Origin: Tubiluchus corallicola
Lineage: Eukaryota; Animalia; Priapulida
DNA length: 64,000 bases
Assembly: GCA_030141605.1 (NCBI GenBank)
Contig: JAQGDQ010000087.1
Location: 496,001-560,000 of the forward strand
Direction: 5' to 3'
The translations under genes and the position numbers were made by a program. Positions 27,901 to 43,600 of the stretch are shown here, piece by piece; positions within the stretch are counted from its first letter, which is position 1, and every line of letters starts with the position of its first letter. The notes below the pieces were generated by a model. That model was not told the DNA's origin. It worked only from the letters and a program-made list of their open reading frames with translations, and did no database searches.

Positions 27901-30900
27901 CATAATACATTTATCATTTATATAGTGAACACAAGGTAATACACATTAAATTATATAAAATGTTTACACAGGTTGTATGGAGAGAAAGTGAGGATCCCAA
28001 CCTTCATGGGGGACTGCACAAACATCAGGTGCAGTGGGAGGAATTTACATAACCTCTCTATACTGTTTGGACAGTATTTGATTAAACTGTCGTCTGAATA
28101 TGCAAACAAAAATTCCCGATTTATTCACCAGCTTCAAATGTACATTTAATTGGTAGATACGGCTGGCATAAAAAATAAACATTTTCAACGCGGCTCAAAA
28201 CCAGCTTAACAGAAAACTAAAATTTTAGGACTTGCAGGAAATTTTAGAATTCAAACTATGTAATCAAGTACAACATGCAGTACTACTGACCTTAGACCTG
28301 GCCTACGTTCCATGGCCAGAAGGTAAAATTGTACAAACTAAGCACAACATACAGTACTACTGGCCTTAAACCTGGCCTACGTTCCATGGCCAGAAGGTAA
28401 AATTGTACAAACTAAGCACAACATACAGTACTACTGGCCTTAAACCTGGCCTACGTTCCATGGCCAGAGGGTAAAATTGTACAAACTAGGTACAACGTAC
28501 AGTACTACTGGCCATAGGCCTGGCCTACATGGTACACAGGCCTACAGGCGTTATCCAATGAACGTGATTCATTAAATCTAATATAAACGTTACACAGAAT
28601 TACTCCTATGCTACCTTAAAGGTGATAATACAAAAAGTCATTACTAAAATTGCTCTTTCAGTTGATTAAGAAGATGAATGACTTGGCCCAAAGCCTAAAA
28701 GTCTTGGAGGACGGTCTTAAATTTTGTCATCCCAAGGACAACCACCTACAGTTATAAGACTCTAGTGCATTTTTACGCTTGATTTTCAATGATTTAATTT
28801 TACTTGGTCATTCAGCGCATATGTTCTTTACAGAATGATGAAAATCCAGGCTTTGAATTGAAGTTTAATTTATATGGTTACAAGGAAATAATAAAATGCA
28901 ATACTAAATGGCATATCAATAAATGGCAACAGTTTTATTATTTGTGCCAATGCATTGTAAATTGCATGCATGCCACACAAATTTCTCGTAAATCTTATGT
29001 AAATTAGTCAGGATAAAATAGCACAGAACTAAAATGAAAAAAGAAATAACTTTAAAAAAAATTGCATGTATTAACTTTTATGAAAAATTGTGCAAAATTT
29101 TTTAATAACACTATTCTCTGTAAATTATAAATTCCGTCATATTTTGTTATTTCGTAAATTTCTGTACGTAGGACCACAATTATATTACAGAATTACAAAC
29201 CAATGAATAAGTATTTCAGGCAATTTTGTTTTTATAACAATAAGGTGTTTGTCAAAATTTGTTAACTTATAATGAGTTTGAAACTGATTCTCCAATAATT
29301 ATTAAAAGTTGTTGCCACCTCACATACTGTCTGTTACCCATTTGAACCAAATTATAATGATTTGTATCATCACTCGCCATCTTAAGGCAATTATCTATAC
29401 AAATTTCATCACCTTAGCAAGAAATAACGTCTATTTGTTTCTCCCCTGAACCAAGCTACATCAAATTATATTTCTTAATCACAATGGGTGCTTAACGTTT
29501 TTTATTTTGAGCCCAGTCCAATATACGACCAAAAAAAACTTACATTTTTCCACTAAATGTCGCATCTTTAGCCAGCTAATAGCGATGCGCATCAGTGAAG
29601 CTTTATCAAGATGTTGTGCAGTTTTGGCAGGAAGCGGCATCAGCGAGGACATCTCGGAGAAAATCTCTGACTCCTTCCCCCGCCGAGATCTCGCTGCATC
29701 TCTGGACTTCTCCTTCCGTTTTTCTGAATTTCTAAGAAAACAAAATGGGAAAACTTAGCTGATTACGATGCACATATGCATTTACGTACTATCATAGCAA
29801 AATGTTGTGCAAGTTTTTAGTACATGCAGGATGAGTGAGTGGTCTAATGCACTGACTCTGATGGGATCTAGGGATGGCTTTTGTTACATTTTATCCTTGC
29901 ATCTCTATGTTTCTATTTTGTGTTTTTAGTCTGTTTGCTTATTTATTTGCCTGCTCAGTCGCTAAATCGAGGAGTTTGTTTACTACATTTTTTGTACATG
30001 ATTTCTTCAAACATAATTTGAATCACTCAAGAAAGTTTGAAGATATGAATTAACGGCACTGATCTCATGATAGTCAATGATAAAATCACAGACCACTGTG
30101 CGCTTGCAAAGACCAAGTCACAGCTGTTTGGTTTAAGGAAGCTACTGCCAGAGAGACTTCCAGTACCGGTGTACAGTACAGAAACTAATCTTGTCACTTA
30201 AAGGCAATTTGAAGAAACCTACAATAAGAGAGCTAGCTTGGGGTGTGATCTGTTGCATAACGTTTGAGACAAATACATAAGTTTAAAAAATCTCAACAAG
30301 AGGAACAGTTTTTGTATAATTATATGTGAACGTGATGTACATGAGATTTCCTTCTAGAATAATGAACGTTTAGCCAACAGTTAGGAACTGATTTAATATC
30401 ATGACACACTGTCAACTTCTGTCAATAAATAGATATCAATAAAACATATTCCAAGGTCATCAAACTTTCATCAACCCATATTTTTGACAATTAGATGCGT
30501 CAATAAAAACGTTAAAATAAACTTATTAGAGGTTTTACGTACATATTTTTGGATAATGACGTAAGGACAGATATCTAACCACTTGCTGTAATAAATGACT
30601 TAAATTAGCATTCACAAAAAGTTTAAAAATAAAAAGTTGGTGAGCTTTTTAACTCTTTTATGATGTTACTCAAAGAATGTGAAGAACATAAACAGGTCAC
30701 AAAAGTAGAAATGTCAGTTTTTATTAGTGCCATGACTCCCTTCACTTCCTGTAGAATAGCAAGAAAACGCAAGCGAACACATATATCAGTATGCTAACTT
30801 CAAAGTTCTTAAAAACTTAATTAATGTTAACTTAAAGTAACAAAGCCTCATTACCATTAATTACTGTTAATGTCTGTAATAAATGTTCTAAATTTTAAAA

Positions 30901-31629
30901 TTAATAAAGTTAATTGTGTATTCATAATGGCTATGGCTAGTTTTTAACAGCTTGTACAAGAATTAATATGCCTCATCACCATCATCATTATCATCATCGT
31001 CGTTGTCGACATCATCAACGTCATTGTCATCAACACCATCATCATCATCATCGTCTGCAACACCACCGTCAAAATCATTACCATGTACGAGGAGAATGAT
31101 GACATTATCATCATCATCATCGTCGTCGTCATCGTCTGCAACATCACCTGTGTCTTATAATGGCAGGTATCGTAAAAACTACGGCACACGAAAAACGTGT
31201 TTTATCCCAACAACGAGTTATACAGACAATACTTAAAAACTTGTACACCAAAACTAATGCACGCTGAAAATTATTTTATGAAATCAAAACAGTGAAGGAC
31301 GGGAATGAATTAACATGATTCACGACACTTTTTCTCTTAATTTTTCTCACATAAATAACCTTAACAATTAACACTGCCCCATGATCAGTGTCTAATATTG
31401 CTATTACAAGTTTAGCAGAAATCAGTAAGGAATTTTCATTGAGACAAGATACAAACTTGTCATTAAACTTTATGGATGTTAGTAAAAAACAACAACAGAT
31501 ATTTCGTAATCTGTATATAACTAGCTCTCATAATCAACGTTTCCATCAAGTGCTAAAAGACGTTATCGTGATAATTGAGAAAGCAATCTTCAGCACAAGT
31601 GAGCACAAAATAATTAATGTTCGCTTGTC

Positions 31630-31668
<39 letters not shown>

Positions 31669-34600
31669 AGCAAAGACTGAAAGACAGCTAGAATGGAAGT
31701 TGACATAGAGCTTTGAAAAGTTAAATATTACAAAGCTGACAAACTTGAAACAGATCAACGTACCTTTCAATTTTTCTATTTATAAAAACCGGTGGAGGGA
31801 GAGTGTACTTATAGGCGCTATAGTCCTGTAAATGAGAGTAATCCCAATAATAAGGTTGTGCATAATGCACAGAATTGTAAAATCCATAATCCAAGCTAGG
31901 TCGAAAGTTGCACGCGGTCGCATCACACATCATCATGACAGAAAATGGTTACTGGTACAGATAAACTGTAGATAAGAAAACGGCGAAGGCACTTGTGACT
32001 TGATACAAAAAAGTTGTTCAAAAAACGAAGACGATGCGAAGCTCGTTGAAATACAATGTTCAGCAGTAGAAAGCACACCGCTACAATTGTGCAAGTTCTA
32101 TTGGCAGATCAAGTTCGTAGAAAAAAGTCAATGTGCTTCGTGAAAAAATGCCAAAAACTTTTACGGCGTTCCGTTTAACACTTTGTGCGAAGTTAGTTGG
32201 CCAAAGAAAAGTTTCAGTGCGCTCCCTTGCACTATCTGCAAAGTTGTGATAGCAGTAGCTCTGTTGTGTAATCTACGCGGATGTAGCGCACTCACATCGT
32301 ACTAAAAACTCTGAAACAGCATCCGCCTCTATCGTACATCCCAGGTATACAAGAAAACTGACCAATATGATACTCTCACGCGTGGTCATCCTAGCCGAGG
32401 GATGCGCTATTGCAACTCCTAGGGCGCGCATCGTTGTGACGTAGGTAAGGAAGCTTGTCGTGTGACAATCAGCTGAATCCTTACCGCTCGGCACCACAGC
32501 TTATACAACATTCATAGCAATAATTGTTTATGACTCATTTATTACAGCTGCTAAGTTTTTACATTTAAAGGAAACGTAAACCGAACAGCACGGCATTTCT
32601 TGACAAGCCAGGAGAAAATGCTGCAGTAAAGTTGCCCTGATCAACATAAGACTTCATATTATTTATTCGTCGTATAGAAAAAATCCAAACTAGAATAGAA
32701 TCGTTTCACATACAATAAATAATTAGTCAGATGATAATTTGAATAATTTTCATACACTAGAAAAAATGTGTCTATAGCGGGTCGCTAGAATCGGCAAACT
32801 CTTTCAATTTTTTATAATAACTTAAACTTCAATCTTACTATTCTCACTGTCCTTGTGTTACAAAAAGAATGAATCCAAGCTTTTTTCAATAACTCATTTG
32901 CCTTTCATTTGGTAAACCACGCCAAAATCTTATGTTTCGAAACCAACTAGGCAATACTTTTTTCCCAAAAAACGCAAGTATCAATTAGATAACGGTACTT
33001 CCTTCTTTCATCGCTGAAGGACCTCAAAGTTCTTGAAGCATTCATCAGTATTAAGCTGTACACGTCACAAGTGTGCCAGATTAAAAAGGATTGAAAAAGG
33101 GGTTTCAGTTCGACTCAACCAGGGCAATTTGACACAATAAATCTATTTCGAGTTTCGACTAGGCACGATACAGGCGGCAATGGAGACTATATAGCCCGAA
33201 ATAAACTCAGATGCAGTAAAAAGTGCAGCTGAAATTAATCCAACTCATAGAAACTAAGATGGCGACATTATGTCAAACAAAAGATGGCCTGAGGTGATTT
33301 GCTGAATGAAACATAGCAAGCTTATAAGTAGCTAGACAGACATTATAACGTGCTGATGTAACAGTTAGCAGGTTTCAACACCTAGATTCAATCTCAAATT
33401 AGAGATTCTCGTGTTCTGTCTCACTAATTTTTCTATGGGTTGGGTGCGCAAGTGGTTTAGATTTCGGACTGCAACCACGCAGTCTTGAGTTCAACACCCA
33501 GCAGCTGCCAACGCCAGGACATATGCCCTACACATTATTCGTTTTTTGTGTGTTGCGCTAAATAGCCATTAGTGCTATTGTGTTAAATGAACGACGGTAA
33601 ATAAATCTTGTCTTTATGTTTTTTCTATTAATGTAGACTAAAACGATAACTCTATGTATCAATAACTTACAAATTTAAACTGTGAATGAACCCATTTTAA
33701 TACTAAGGCATGAAGCCAATACTGATGTAACATGTAAACACGTAAACAAGTATACATGCATTTCCAGCTGTCCAATTCAGCCAATCCGAGAATCCAGCAA
33801 AACTCGAAATTTATGGCATGTAGATAAGAACCAAGCAGTTTATACAGACAGTATAAAGATACATCGTCGCAGAAAATACGAAATTTCAAGCACTTTTCGT
33901 CTTGGTTTAAATGAAATAAAATGTCAGACTTTGAATTCGCCAGTATATCACTATATCACAATCAACTATAGCCCAGCATTTGATAGCAATGTTTTAAAAC
34001 ATGAGGTATATATAACAAGTGTTCCTTACTTTCTTCATTGCTGAAAATTTTAAAAATCAACTCTGTTTTTGGTGATGAAGTTGCGCTGACGAAAGTCGTA
34101 AATGTGTCAGCTACCCAACCAGCAGCTTAATAACTGTACAACTTTATAAATTATTAATAACTGCACCAAGGCCTGTCAGTGAACAGATGGTTGAATCAAT
34201 AACTCGCACTGGCCATTTCATTCGCCGTACCGATCCTGGCTGTTTAACGCGCATGCATTAAGCTCCCAACATAGCTAAGACACTTCTACCGGTTCAATGT
34301 CTTGGATAATGAACTAGATCCCAATCTTGCCACAACGATCTACATTGAATCTGTCGTACTGTTGCTTTTTAATACCTAATATAACCAAATCACAAAATTG
34401 CTGTTAACAGTAATCATATGTACAGTACAAGATTAGCTAGCCAACAAGTAATCTTATTAAGTAATGTGGGTGTGAACAAATTGCTAATATCACAGATTTA
34501 CAGCAAATTTTACTCAATTTTTCAGCAGCATTTGGTGAGTGAATAAGAAACAACACAGCTAGAATAAATCAGTTCAGTCAAAACACTTTGCAGAGATTTC

Positions 34601-37600
34601 TGTTTCTTTAAGTATCAACATTTTCAGATTCAATTAGTGAACGAAACACCTGCTGGTTAAAGGAAACTGCTGAAGACTTGTGAGTGCTGCACAGTGATGC
34701 AACTATCAATTATTATAATGCAGTTGGCTGCTAAGTCGATGACGTTTGCAACGATTTGCACTTGTTCATTTAGCAATGAAGGAAGAACATTACTAATGCA
34801 TACCACATTTTATTATGACCAAGCAAAATCCTAAAAATGTCAACACTTTCTTCCTCAAATTATTCACTTAATAACCCAAAGTGAACGAATTTTTTTTTCA
34901 CATATCTATTTTCTTTAGAAGTGTTGTGTTTACTTTTTACACAAAATAATTAATCTAACTATTCTCAAGAAACCCATACCTAGCTTACCTGTAAAATGTC
35001 CACCTGCCTGCCTGTCTAATGCAAAGGCAAACAGACATACACACACGCACGCGCACGCTCACGCACCCCCCCCCCCACACACACACACCTACCCCCCCCC
35101 CCCACACACACACACACATGAAGACATAGCTGATACATGTGATCAAGTCACCAGCTATTTATTTTCATTTAAATCTGGCTGCTCACATGGTGGAATAACT
35201 GAACATAAGTGCAGAACTTCTTTACAATAAACTCAGAGCAAATAAGAAGCCCAGAATTTGGGATAAGAACTACGACTTCTTTTTTAGCAACAAAATCGTC
35301 ACACGAAAAGTAGAATAGGATGGATAGCAATAGAGGAACTTAGTTGCAGAGCTGACAAAGTTGCAAACTTGACGGCACTGAAATCGAGTGCCTAAAGTAT
35401 GAACGTATGTGAATTACGTTGGAAATCTTTGGGAATAACTGGGATAGGTCTAGGCTCGTAGAGCTCCAGCTGACACAACGCTCGACTGGTTAGCATCCAA
35501 AAGGTCACTAAATCAAATCGCAGCCAAGCAATAACTTTTTCACATCTGCATTCTTTAGACGTAATTGGTCTGAAAGTTCAAAATTAATATTTGCGTTTAT
35601 ACTATCATGCGTCCACATTAATGAAACTTTTTTAAAAATTTATATATTTAAATTTCAGAGTCAGGGCATTTTTACAAGATTGACTTCCTTAATGCCCTGC
35701 AGCACAAATCATCGAATTAGGTTATTTAATTAAGTATATTTCAAAATTTGATTCTTATTGAGTATTTCGCTTTTATTAAATATTGAATCATTGAAATTTC
35801 TGTATTTTTAGTGCGCCGGTTGTGTTTGTATTGATACCAAATAAACAACTCTGAATCTTTCTTTTGTTGTTGTTTTTATTGGTGACCTGGATGTTGTTGT
35901 TGTTGTTTAAACAAGCATTACCTTAGATAAAGAAGATATTTGCAATGGCGAGCTACCAAGTAAACAAGCACACCATGCGAATCTAAAGTAGATAAATAGG
36001 ACACATGCACTAAGTCCATGGTCACATAGAGCCACTGAACTCAGGGTTCAATAAAAACGCCATAAATACGCGCATAATATTCAGCGATGCCAAACGAGCA
36101 AAAACGCATTGCAGTGATTGCACATGCCGTAGTACTACTAATCACCGATAAACTAGGCACAGATGAAGCCACGTTCAAATCTCACAAATCGTTAACAGAT
36201 GGCTCCACCTGACTGAATAGGTTTTCAGACATCCGTGTAGACACGATTAAATTCATTTCTTGTTTAAATAAGTTTGGTAAATGTTCCACATTTGCGAACA
36301 TCTGTCACTTTTACTGCACAGATGGCGATTTTATGGCATGTGTGGGATTTCCTGCTAACCCACTCAAAAGCATTTAGACTAAGGAAGTGAGATATTTAAA
36401 GTATTTAAAACAGAAATTATAATTAAAATCAAATCACCAATATCCCATTAACCAATCATTAATTTTAATGATTAATAACCTAAGGTAGCCTTTTAACAAC
36501 TTACAAGAAAGCTACTTTTGCTTTAACAGGCGATACAGCTTTACTTTATAACCTGCTTTGTGATTTAAAATCCATCTCGGTTATCTACACTTTAAATTTT
36601 CAAATCTGTAACGTTGTGGTCTGCCAAATTATTTTACAAATTAAAAGTAAAAATGCAATCTGAACAACATAATTTTTATAGAGCCACCTACTGATATCAC
36701 TGACCAATTGTGGTTAAATCTGAAACATATAAAATGCTATTCATAATGATGCTATTATCATAATAATTGCAATAGAACATTGCAATTTGCTATTGTTGTT
36801 TCAGATATTTTTATCGCTAATTAGATATTGTAAAGAACGTGTATTAAGTTTTATAAAAAAATGTTTAGACAACTACTCCTACTACCATTACTTTTAAAAA
36901 CTTTTATGAAAACAACAATCAAAGCTATTCCCACAAATTTGCTAACTGTGCAGAAGAAAATGACCTAAATGAGAAAGAGTTCAACTGATTTTGTCTATAA
37001 CATGGAAATTTTCCTTATGAACCCATGCCGGACATTAGATACACAATCCCGGAACAAAAACCGGATGAGTGACCGGAAAAGGCAGAGACAAGAAACTGAT
37101 AAATTTCAATCTACTGGCCCCCAGGAACTTCGAAATTAGGACATGCCGGGTTCAAGGGATAAAAATGTAAGAAAACAGTATGTCCCATTCAGTTTAATGA
37201 CATAAATACTGCATCCCCCATGTTAAAGTGGCCAATGAAATCATTTTAGTCAAAATCATACATCAAACTGTTAAAACATGTTAAGTATTTTTTATACCAA
37301 TTAAAACCATTGCTCCTTGGTGTGTTTTTTAGCATTTACCAGTAGTACAGGAAGTAAAGATCCTGTTTACAGCAAACAGGAAATTTATATATAGAAAAAA
37401 TGGACTTTTGAATGACCAGGCTATTTTGATGATCACACAACTTTGTGAATTTACTCAGAACTCAGAAGTAAATAATACAGTAATAATTAATTTTAATTAT
37501 TCAGTAATTATAATAGTATTTAGTAGAAGCGATGTTTGTTAATAAAGCATGTAGCGCATATATAATACATTCAAGCAGTTTCAAACTGAGCTAAACTTAA

Positions 37601-40600
37601 CAAAATAAACATGAGATTCTGAGCTTGAAGCAAAGATTCGTCATATTGCAAGTTTTTATTTATTCAATTCACTTGCTATAAATTACTAAAGGATATGTAT
37701 TACAGCACATAGTATGTATTATTATTAGTATATATGTATTACAGTAGATATGTATTGTTAAAACCTATGGGTATTTTTACATTGTTTGGTACTCATATTT
37801 GCATGTATTTACATTCACTGTTTACCAAACATCGATAAAGATATTTTGAATTTTCATTCATCTGAGATTGCTTCCTCAGCATTTATATGTTACATCTACT
37901 GTCAAAAAAGAATGCAATTATGTAAGGTATTTTAATAATCTAAACGCATGCCAAAAGGAGATTGTATTTCTATCAGTCATCTTCATCAGAATACTGAAAC
38001 TCTGGTATGTCTGCATTACAAGATTGGCTGCATTGCTCACTTAATAATTACATAAAAATTATGTGCATCATTCAATACTGATAATGGACTACTACTCAAT
38101 GCTAATGATATTTTAATATACGCTAGAGCAGCTTGTGCATTATTTCCAGAAATGCCAATCCTCATTCTTTACTTCCTGATACACATTAGTTGCCTCATCA
38201 TCAAAACCAACACCACATCAGCCGGAGGCTGCGGCTTCAGCTAACAGACGCTCTCAGACATAAACACGGATGTTTCCCTGACTACGAGCTTCGTCTAAAC
38301 TAGCCAGCAACTGCAGATAGCACAGTAAATGCAACCAGTTGAAATGCTTATTTTCTTAACAAATACTGATCCTGATTCGATTGCGACAATAAGTGTTTAC
38401 GCGTAACAAACTCTAATGCGCAGAGTTTATTTGTCTTCACCCTTAACCTGTATATTCTTCAGCGGTCTAAAGTCTAGGCACTTTAAAAGAATCGTAAGAG
38501 GAAAAGGTGAAAAAAATTATCGAAGCATACAATCCACAGTGAAACGTGTATACATCACGTCATACATTAAGTGTAAGGCGAAATGGCAGAACAGTAATAG
38601 GTGGTCTTTGAATTTTTTTCACCAAGGAGGCAAACTCGTAAAAAAATATTAAAAAAATGTAAAAGTTCACAAAAAAGCAGAACAACTTTAAAGTGCAGCA
38701 ACTATCTCATTACAATAAACAAAGATACAATTGCAAAAAATTAAATTAGAGGAATTTGGAATAAGACAGCAGTCTTCAGTCACTCATATAGTCCTCTGCT
38801 ACCCTTTCTCCTGCATAATAACATGCGCACATCTTCCGCATGTAAGTAGTTATGTATTTTTTCCTTTATGTCTAGAAGACATAAACATTATAACTATCAT
38901 AACTCGTAAATTTCATATGTACTTATGAGCTCAAACTCAAAAAACTAAAAAATGAAGTTTGGAAATGTGGTTTAAATTAGAAAACTTGACGTTTTTAGTC
39001 TATACAAAGCAATTATTCCAATCACGCAGACACTCTGACCTACAATTGCCTTTTCACTGACTGCGAACCCGATTTCAGGCAAATCTGCCGATATTTGCTA
39101 ATCTAAGTAAATCTGATGAAATATTTACACCAAGCAACGAGTGAAAGTCCTTGAAAAAGGCGACTGAGGAAAAATCTAGGGATGCTGGCATTTGCGTCAA
39201 ACCGTTTTACGTGTGTAGGAAGTTGTAGAACTGATTTCCGATGATAAGAGAAAGCATTGTACGTCATTCAAATCGACAACTTCCGCTTGACCAGCGAGGC
39301 CCTCGGCACTGGGTCAAATCATTTACTTCAATAAACGAACAATAAAAAACAAAAAATTTTAACATCTCGCACCTTAACTATTAACGACATGGCTATGATT
39401 AGGAACAAAACCATTTTTATACAGTCCGAAATTTAACTGGTTGGAATCCAGAGCACTCAATGGCAGGGCGGACGGCAGGTTGTGGCAGGACCGGAATCTT
39501 CCTCCATATCACAGCTAATCTCTAAGATGAGATATTGAATTTGCTCTAATCTCGACCACATTTGGATATGAATCTATCCTACCTCAAGAAGTAAATTATC
39601 AGGACCTGTATGGTAAATGAAACTACCCCCAACCCAGCACTTACCCAGACCAGCATTCACTGACTAGCTTTAGTGCTTATACCAAAAGAAATGCCCTCCA
39701 ACAGTCTACCTTAACGAAAACAACCAAATCTTGCGGAAATCTATAAAACTGCATAATCTATTCTGGACTGTTTAAATGCAAGCTTGCAGAACTCTACTGT
39801 TTAAACGTGAACTGGTGCAAACTGGACGTGTATGTTAGCAATGATGTGTCAAAACATTAAATTTTTTATTAAATACCTAAAAATGTATTACGAGATCCAC
39901 CAATTCAGCAAAGTTACACAAAGTTGTAATTACCACACTACATTCTATATTTGGACTGCTGTTTTTGTCGAGCAGGGTAACCATTTAGGAGTTTAATCTC
40001 CCAATCTGATTGCGTATAATATCAGAACATTTGAATTACTGTAAGTGCAAGCAGCTGCTTATAATACTTAAGAGATATCACCATATTACGTATAATACGC
40101 TACTATTATTACTAATACAACAACCAAAAGCCAAAGAGTTTCTTTAGTAATTTCCTGTGTTACGGACAATATCTCACGTGAGAACAAAATGTCACAATGC
40201 TAGATAATGTGACATCCCTAAAATAAGGTGGAACTGAACACTTACATTGCAGAAGGTTGAGAACTGCATGTTAAACAACTAGTAACCATAATGCAGTGCT
40301 TTTTAAATTTTGGTAAGAAACAAACTTCATTTTTCGGGTTATAATTATGCATCTGAAAATCTACTGCCACTGAATGCCACATGCATTTCATCTTGCTTGA
40401 CAAGAATTGTTGTAAGACGAACTATTAACCTAACTCTTAAACAACTATATGAGCCTACATCACAATGTGTCAAATTCCACAGGAGGATAACAAATATAGC
40501 CTAAAGAGAAATCAATATTATTGCAACTAGACCCCAAAGGACAAATTTACTCTCATTCATGTTGTTCTTTACATATAAGGAATGAATTTAGAACTATTAG

Positions 40601-43600
40601 TATCTTGTAAGAGAATATTACCCTCCTCCCTCTCAAAAAAACTAACAGCATAATTTTTTTTTGTTTTGTTGTGTTGTGTTTTTGGTGTGTGTGGGTTTTT
40701 TGTGGTGGTTTGTTTTGGGTTGTTTTGTTTTTTTTTTTTTGGTGTTGTTGGTTGTTGGTGTGTTTGTGTGGTTGTGTTGTTTTTGTGTTTGTGTGTGTGG
40801 TGGTGTTTGTTTTAGTCAAATCTAAAAGAGTAACGTGGCAGAGAAAGTTAAACATGTGTACAGTTGAAAGTTGTAGACATGATCTCATCAGCATTATAAC
40901 TGATATCAAGCATCTTATGTTACCTGCTTCGCCAGGAAACCATGAACTAGAATCTCGAGCATTAAGTTTTATTCACAGGCAATTATTCGTTGCGGTTTCG
41001 GTATGATCGGGGATGGGTCGTGGTTTTGCGGCCCCAAGTTTTTGAAGTTTTAATGAGCACTGATAAAGCAATGAAAGTTGTGATTAGAAATTTTTGGTAA
41101 GATATAGCCATTTCATGTTATAAAAAAGTTTAGACTTTTTAAAAGACATATTTGCAGTAACAAGTTAATACTTGTTCACAGTAACAAGTTAATACTATGC
41201 TCAATTTACATCAGCTATAGTTTGAGTAAAACCTTCTGTTAACCAACAAGAACAGAAAGTAATCCCAAACTACACGATGGATTTGAGAATCAGTTGACAT
41301 TGCTTGTAAATCTGGAGAACACAACTCTTAATATGCCAATGATGAACAAACAAAGTGTCAGGAAAGTTATAGGGAACCATTAATTCCACCATGATATCTA
41401 ATGAGCATGTGTGGTTACACCAATGCACATTATGCTTCTCACAGTAGACTGAAAAAATGCAAGAACGACTGCAAGAAGACATGGACAATTTTTACGATGC
41501 TTAGTTAATGTGCAACAAAAAAATAAAACCTAGGCTTTTATGAGTAATAGAACAGTAAGATATATGTCAGTTTTCCAGGAAGTTCCCACTTGTTATTCAC
41601 TATCCATCAAGAAAAGCTCAGCTGATGTTAGTTGAAGAAACTAGGCAGCCTAGTTTTGAATTAACAAAAGTATGGCAGTTGGGTTTCATTGAGTTTTCTT
41701 TATTCGAGGCAATGGCACTAACCACTCTACGAAGCATATTCAATCACTTTTAGAAAATTAATGCCAGACTTGTGCAAAACCTGCTGAACTTTACAAAATA
41801 AATTTGAATTCACGTGTGAAAATAAATCGTCATAATGTGTGCTTGGCTTCAAAGTTTTAAAGTCAAACTAATACCTCGCTATAATATAAGCTTTTACAAC
41901 TTAAAATCTTACTCTCATAACAAACATTCAATTTATTTTTTATATAAACTTACTGTAAAACTTGTTTCTTTTGATTTTTTGTCACTTCCTTATTAGCAGA
42001 ATTAAATTTGAAGAATTGCCATTTTTTGTTGCGCGAGACAAATAATATTATGAATACAGTCACGAGGACAACAAAGATCGGTAACCAAAGACACTTTCTG
42101 TACCTCGCATGTCATTCTCACCCACTCACACCAAAGACGCGAAACATGGGATCCTTACAGCAACGGACGCGTTCGAAATTTGCCAGAAAAAAGTAAATTA
42201 TTTAATTTATAAGTCTCTTTTGTTTAATAATAACTATGAATTCTTTGTTTAATCATAATAATGCACTAAAAAGCTTTGAATATTATATGTTGGGGCTATA
42301 TAGGCCTTTAACCAATGCTGACCACCTTGTTTCCTGCTGTTTAATCTAGACTATATTTACTAACTAATAACCCAACAAATTCAGATTACCCCTTTTGAAC
42401 ATAAGTAAGAAAATTATCTCTGACAACAAAATTAGTTAAAAAGGTGGACAAGGCTCTTATTTTTCTTGTAAACTGAAAATTGAAAAGTATATCCAAGATT
42501 CTCATTCAATGAACGATTACGGTATGATTTCACAAATGAAATTATAAAAGTCCTTGAGTCTCAACCAGATACAAAGAACCACAGACAGCTAGGTTCACAT
42601 TGTTTGTGACAATGTCAAGTATTATTTTTTCAGGAGCTACAACATGCTGCACATTTTAGTTAATAATTGTAGTTACCACCCACCATTTGCCCCTGCATTG
42701 TGTATTATGTAATTGTTTTCTATATGCAAATTGCATCCATTTACTAAAACGTATTGTACCTTTTGAATGTATGTAATAAACAATGATAATATTAATAAAT
42801 AAATCACTGATTTTCTGGTATCGGTTTTCAAATCCAAGCTATATAACGTGCTACTGACCCTTAACTGATGCAGTTTAAGAATGATTTAAAAACTAAGCCA
42901 GAAACATCTAATACTGTACTTATCTTATATTATACAAACAGCAGTGTAAGACCTCCCTGGCTAAATACAACAGCCCCAGTATTCTTGCTTAGCTAAGATG
43001 CAAATGATTTGCAAAAAGAAAAAACAAACAAACTCGGGGTGCCATCTATCAAAAAAACGAAAAACTATTTCGACGCATTCAATTTTGAAACACAATTTTT
43101 CCAAAATTTTAATACTCCACGATATAAAAATTTACCGAACTGCCACTGGTCAATTTTGTCCACTTCTTGGGAATTCGATTTACAGAATCAATAGGAGCCA
43201 TTGCAAAACTGTGCTACTAATGCTGAGAATATGGGTAATGCTACGGGAGCATGCACGTAACACACATATATTGCAACACACCAACCGATTAATTACCAAG
43301 CATATGTACACAATTCTCTAACATTATAACGACACAAAGTTAGGAAAGGATAAGTGCTTCTTTAATTCTTGTTGAATTCACAGCTGCAAGGCGCAACACA
43401 AGTTCGACGAAAAAGTGCTAGAGTGCTGCATGCTTACTGACTGTCCGAAGTTTTGGGTAAGTATCAGCATTCTTATTGTAAGGGAAATCTGATTAATTAA
43501 TACTGGAAATTTTAAACATTCTGGTTAAATAAAAGGCAAGCATACAGAAGTGAATTATAAATGAGGCAACTCGTAAAATTGTAAAATGGTCACCATTTTC

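Noticed and set aside
28270-28528. Possible CRISPR-like array
   Set aside because: Head-to-tail near-identical units without unique spacers, in a eukaryotic intron, with no cas genes
29507-29758. Plus-strand 83-aa ORF
   Set aside because: Antisense shadow of the HIF bHLH exon
30944-31236. Poly-Met and poly-Ser ORFs
   Set aside because: Trinucleotide-repeat artefacts
33682-34044. 120-aa plus-strand ORF antisense within HIF intron 1
   Set aside because: No recognisable motif or splice context; consistent with a chance ORF
39372-39660. Two further ATG-to-donor candidates (MSLIVK|gtgcga; MLVW|gtaagt) in HIF intron 1
   Set aside because: Both are phase 0, incompatible with the phase-2 bHLH acceptor; at most non-coding exons
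40553-41006. 118-aa and 111-aa ORFs
   Set aside because: Arise from a G/T low-complexity tract
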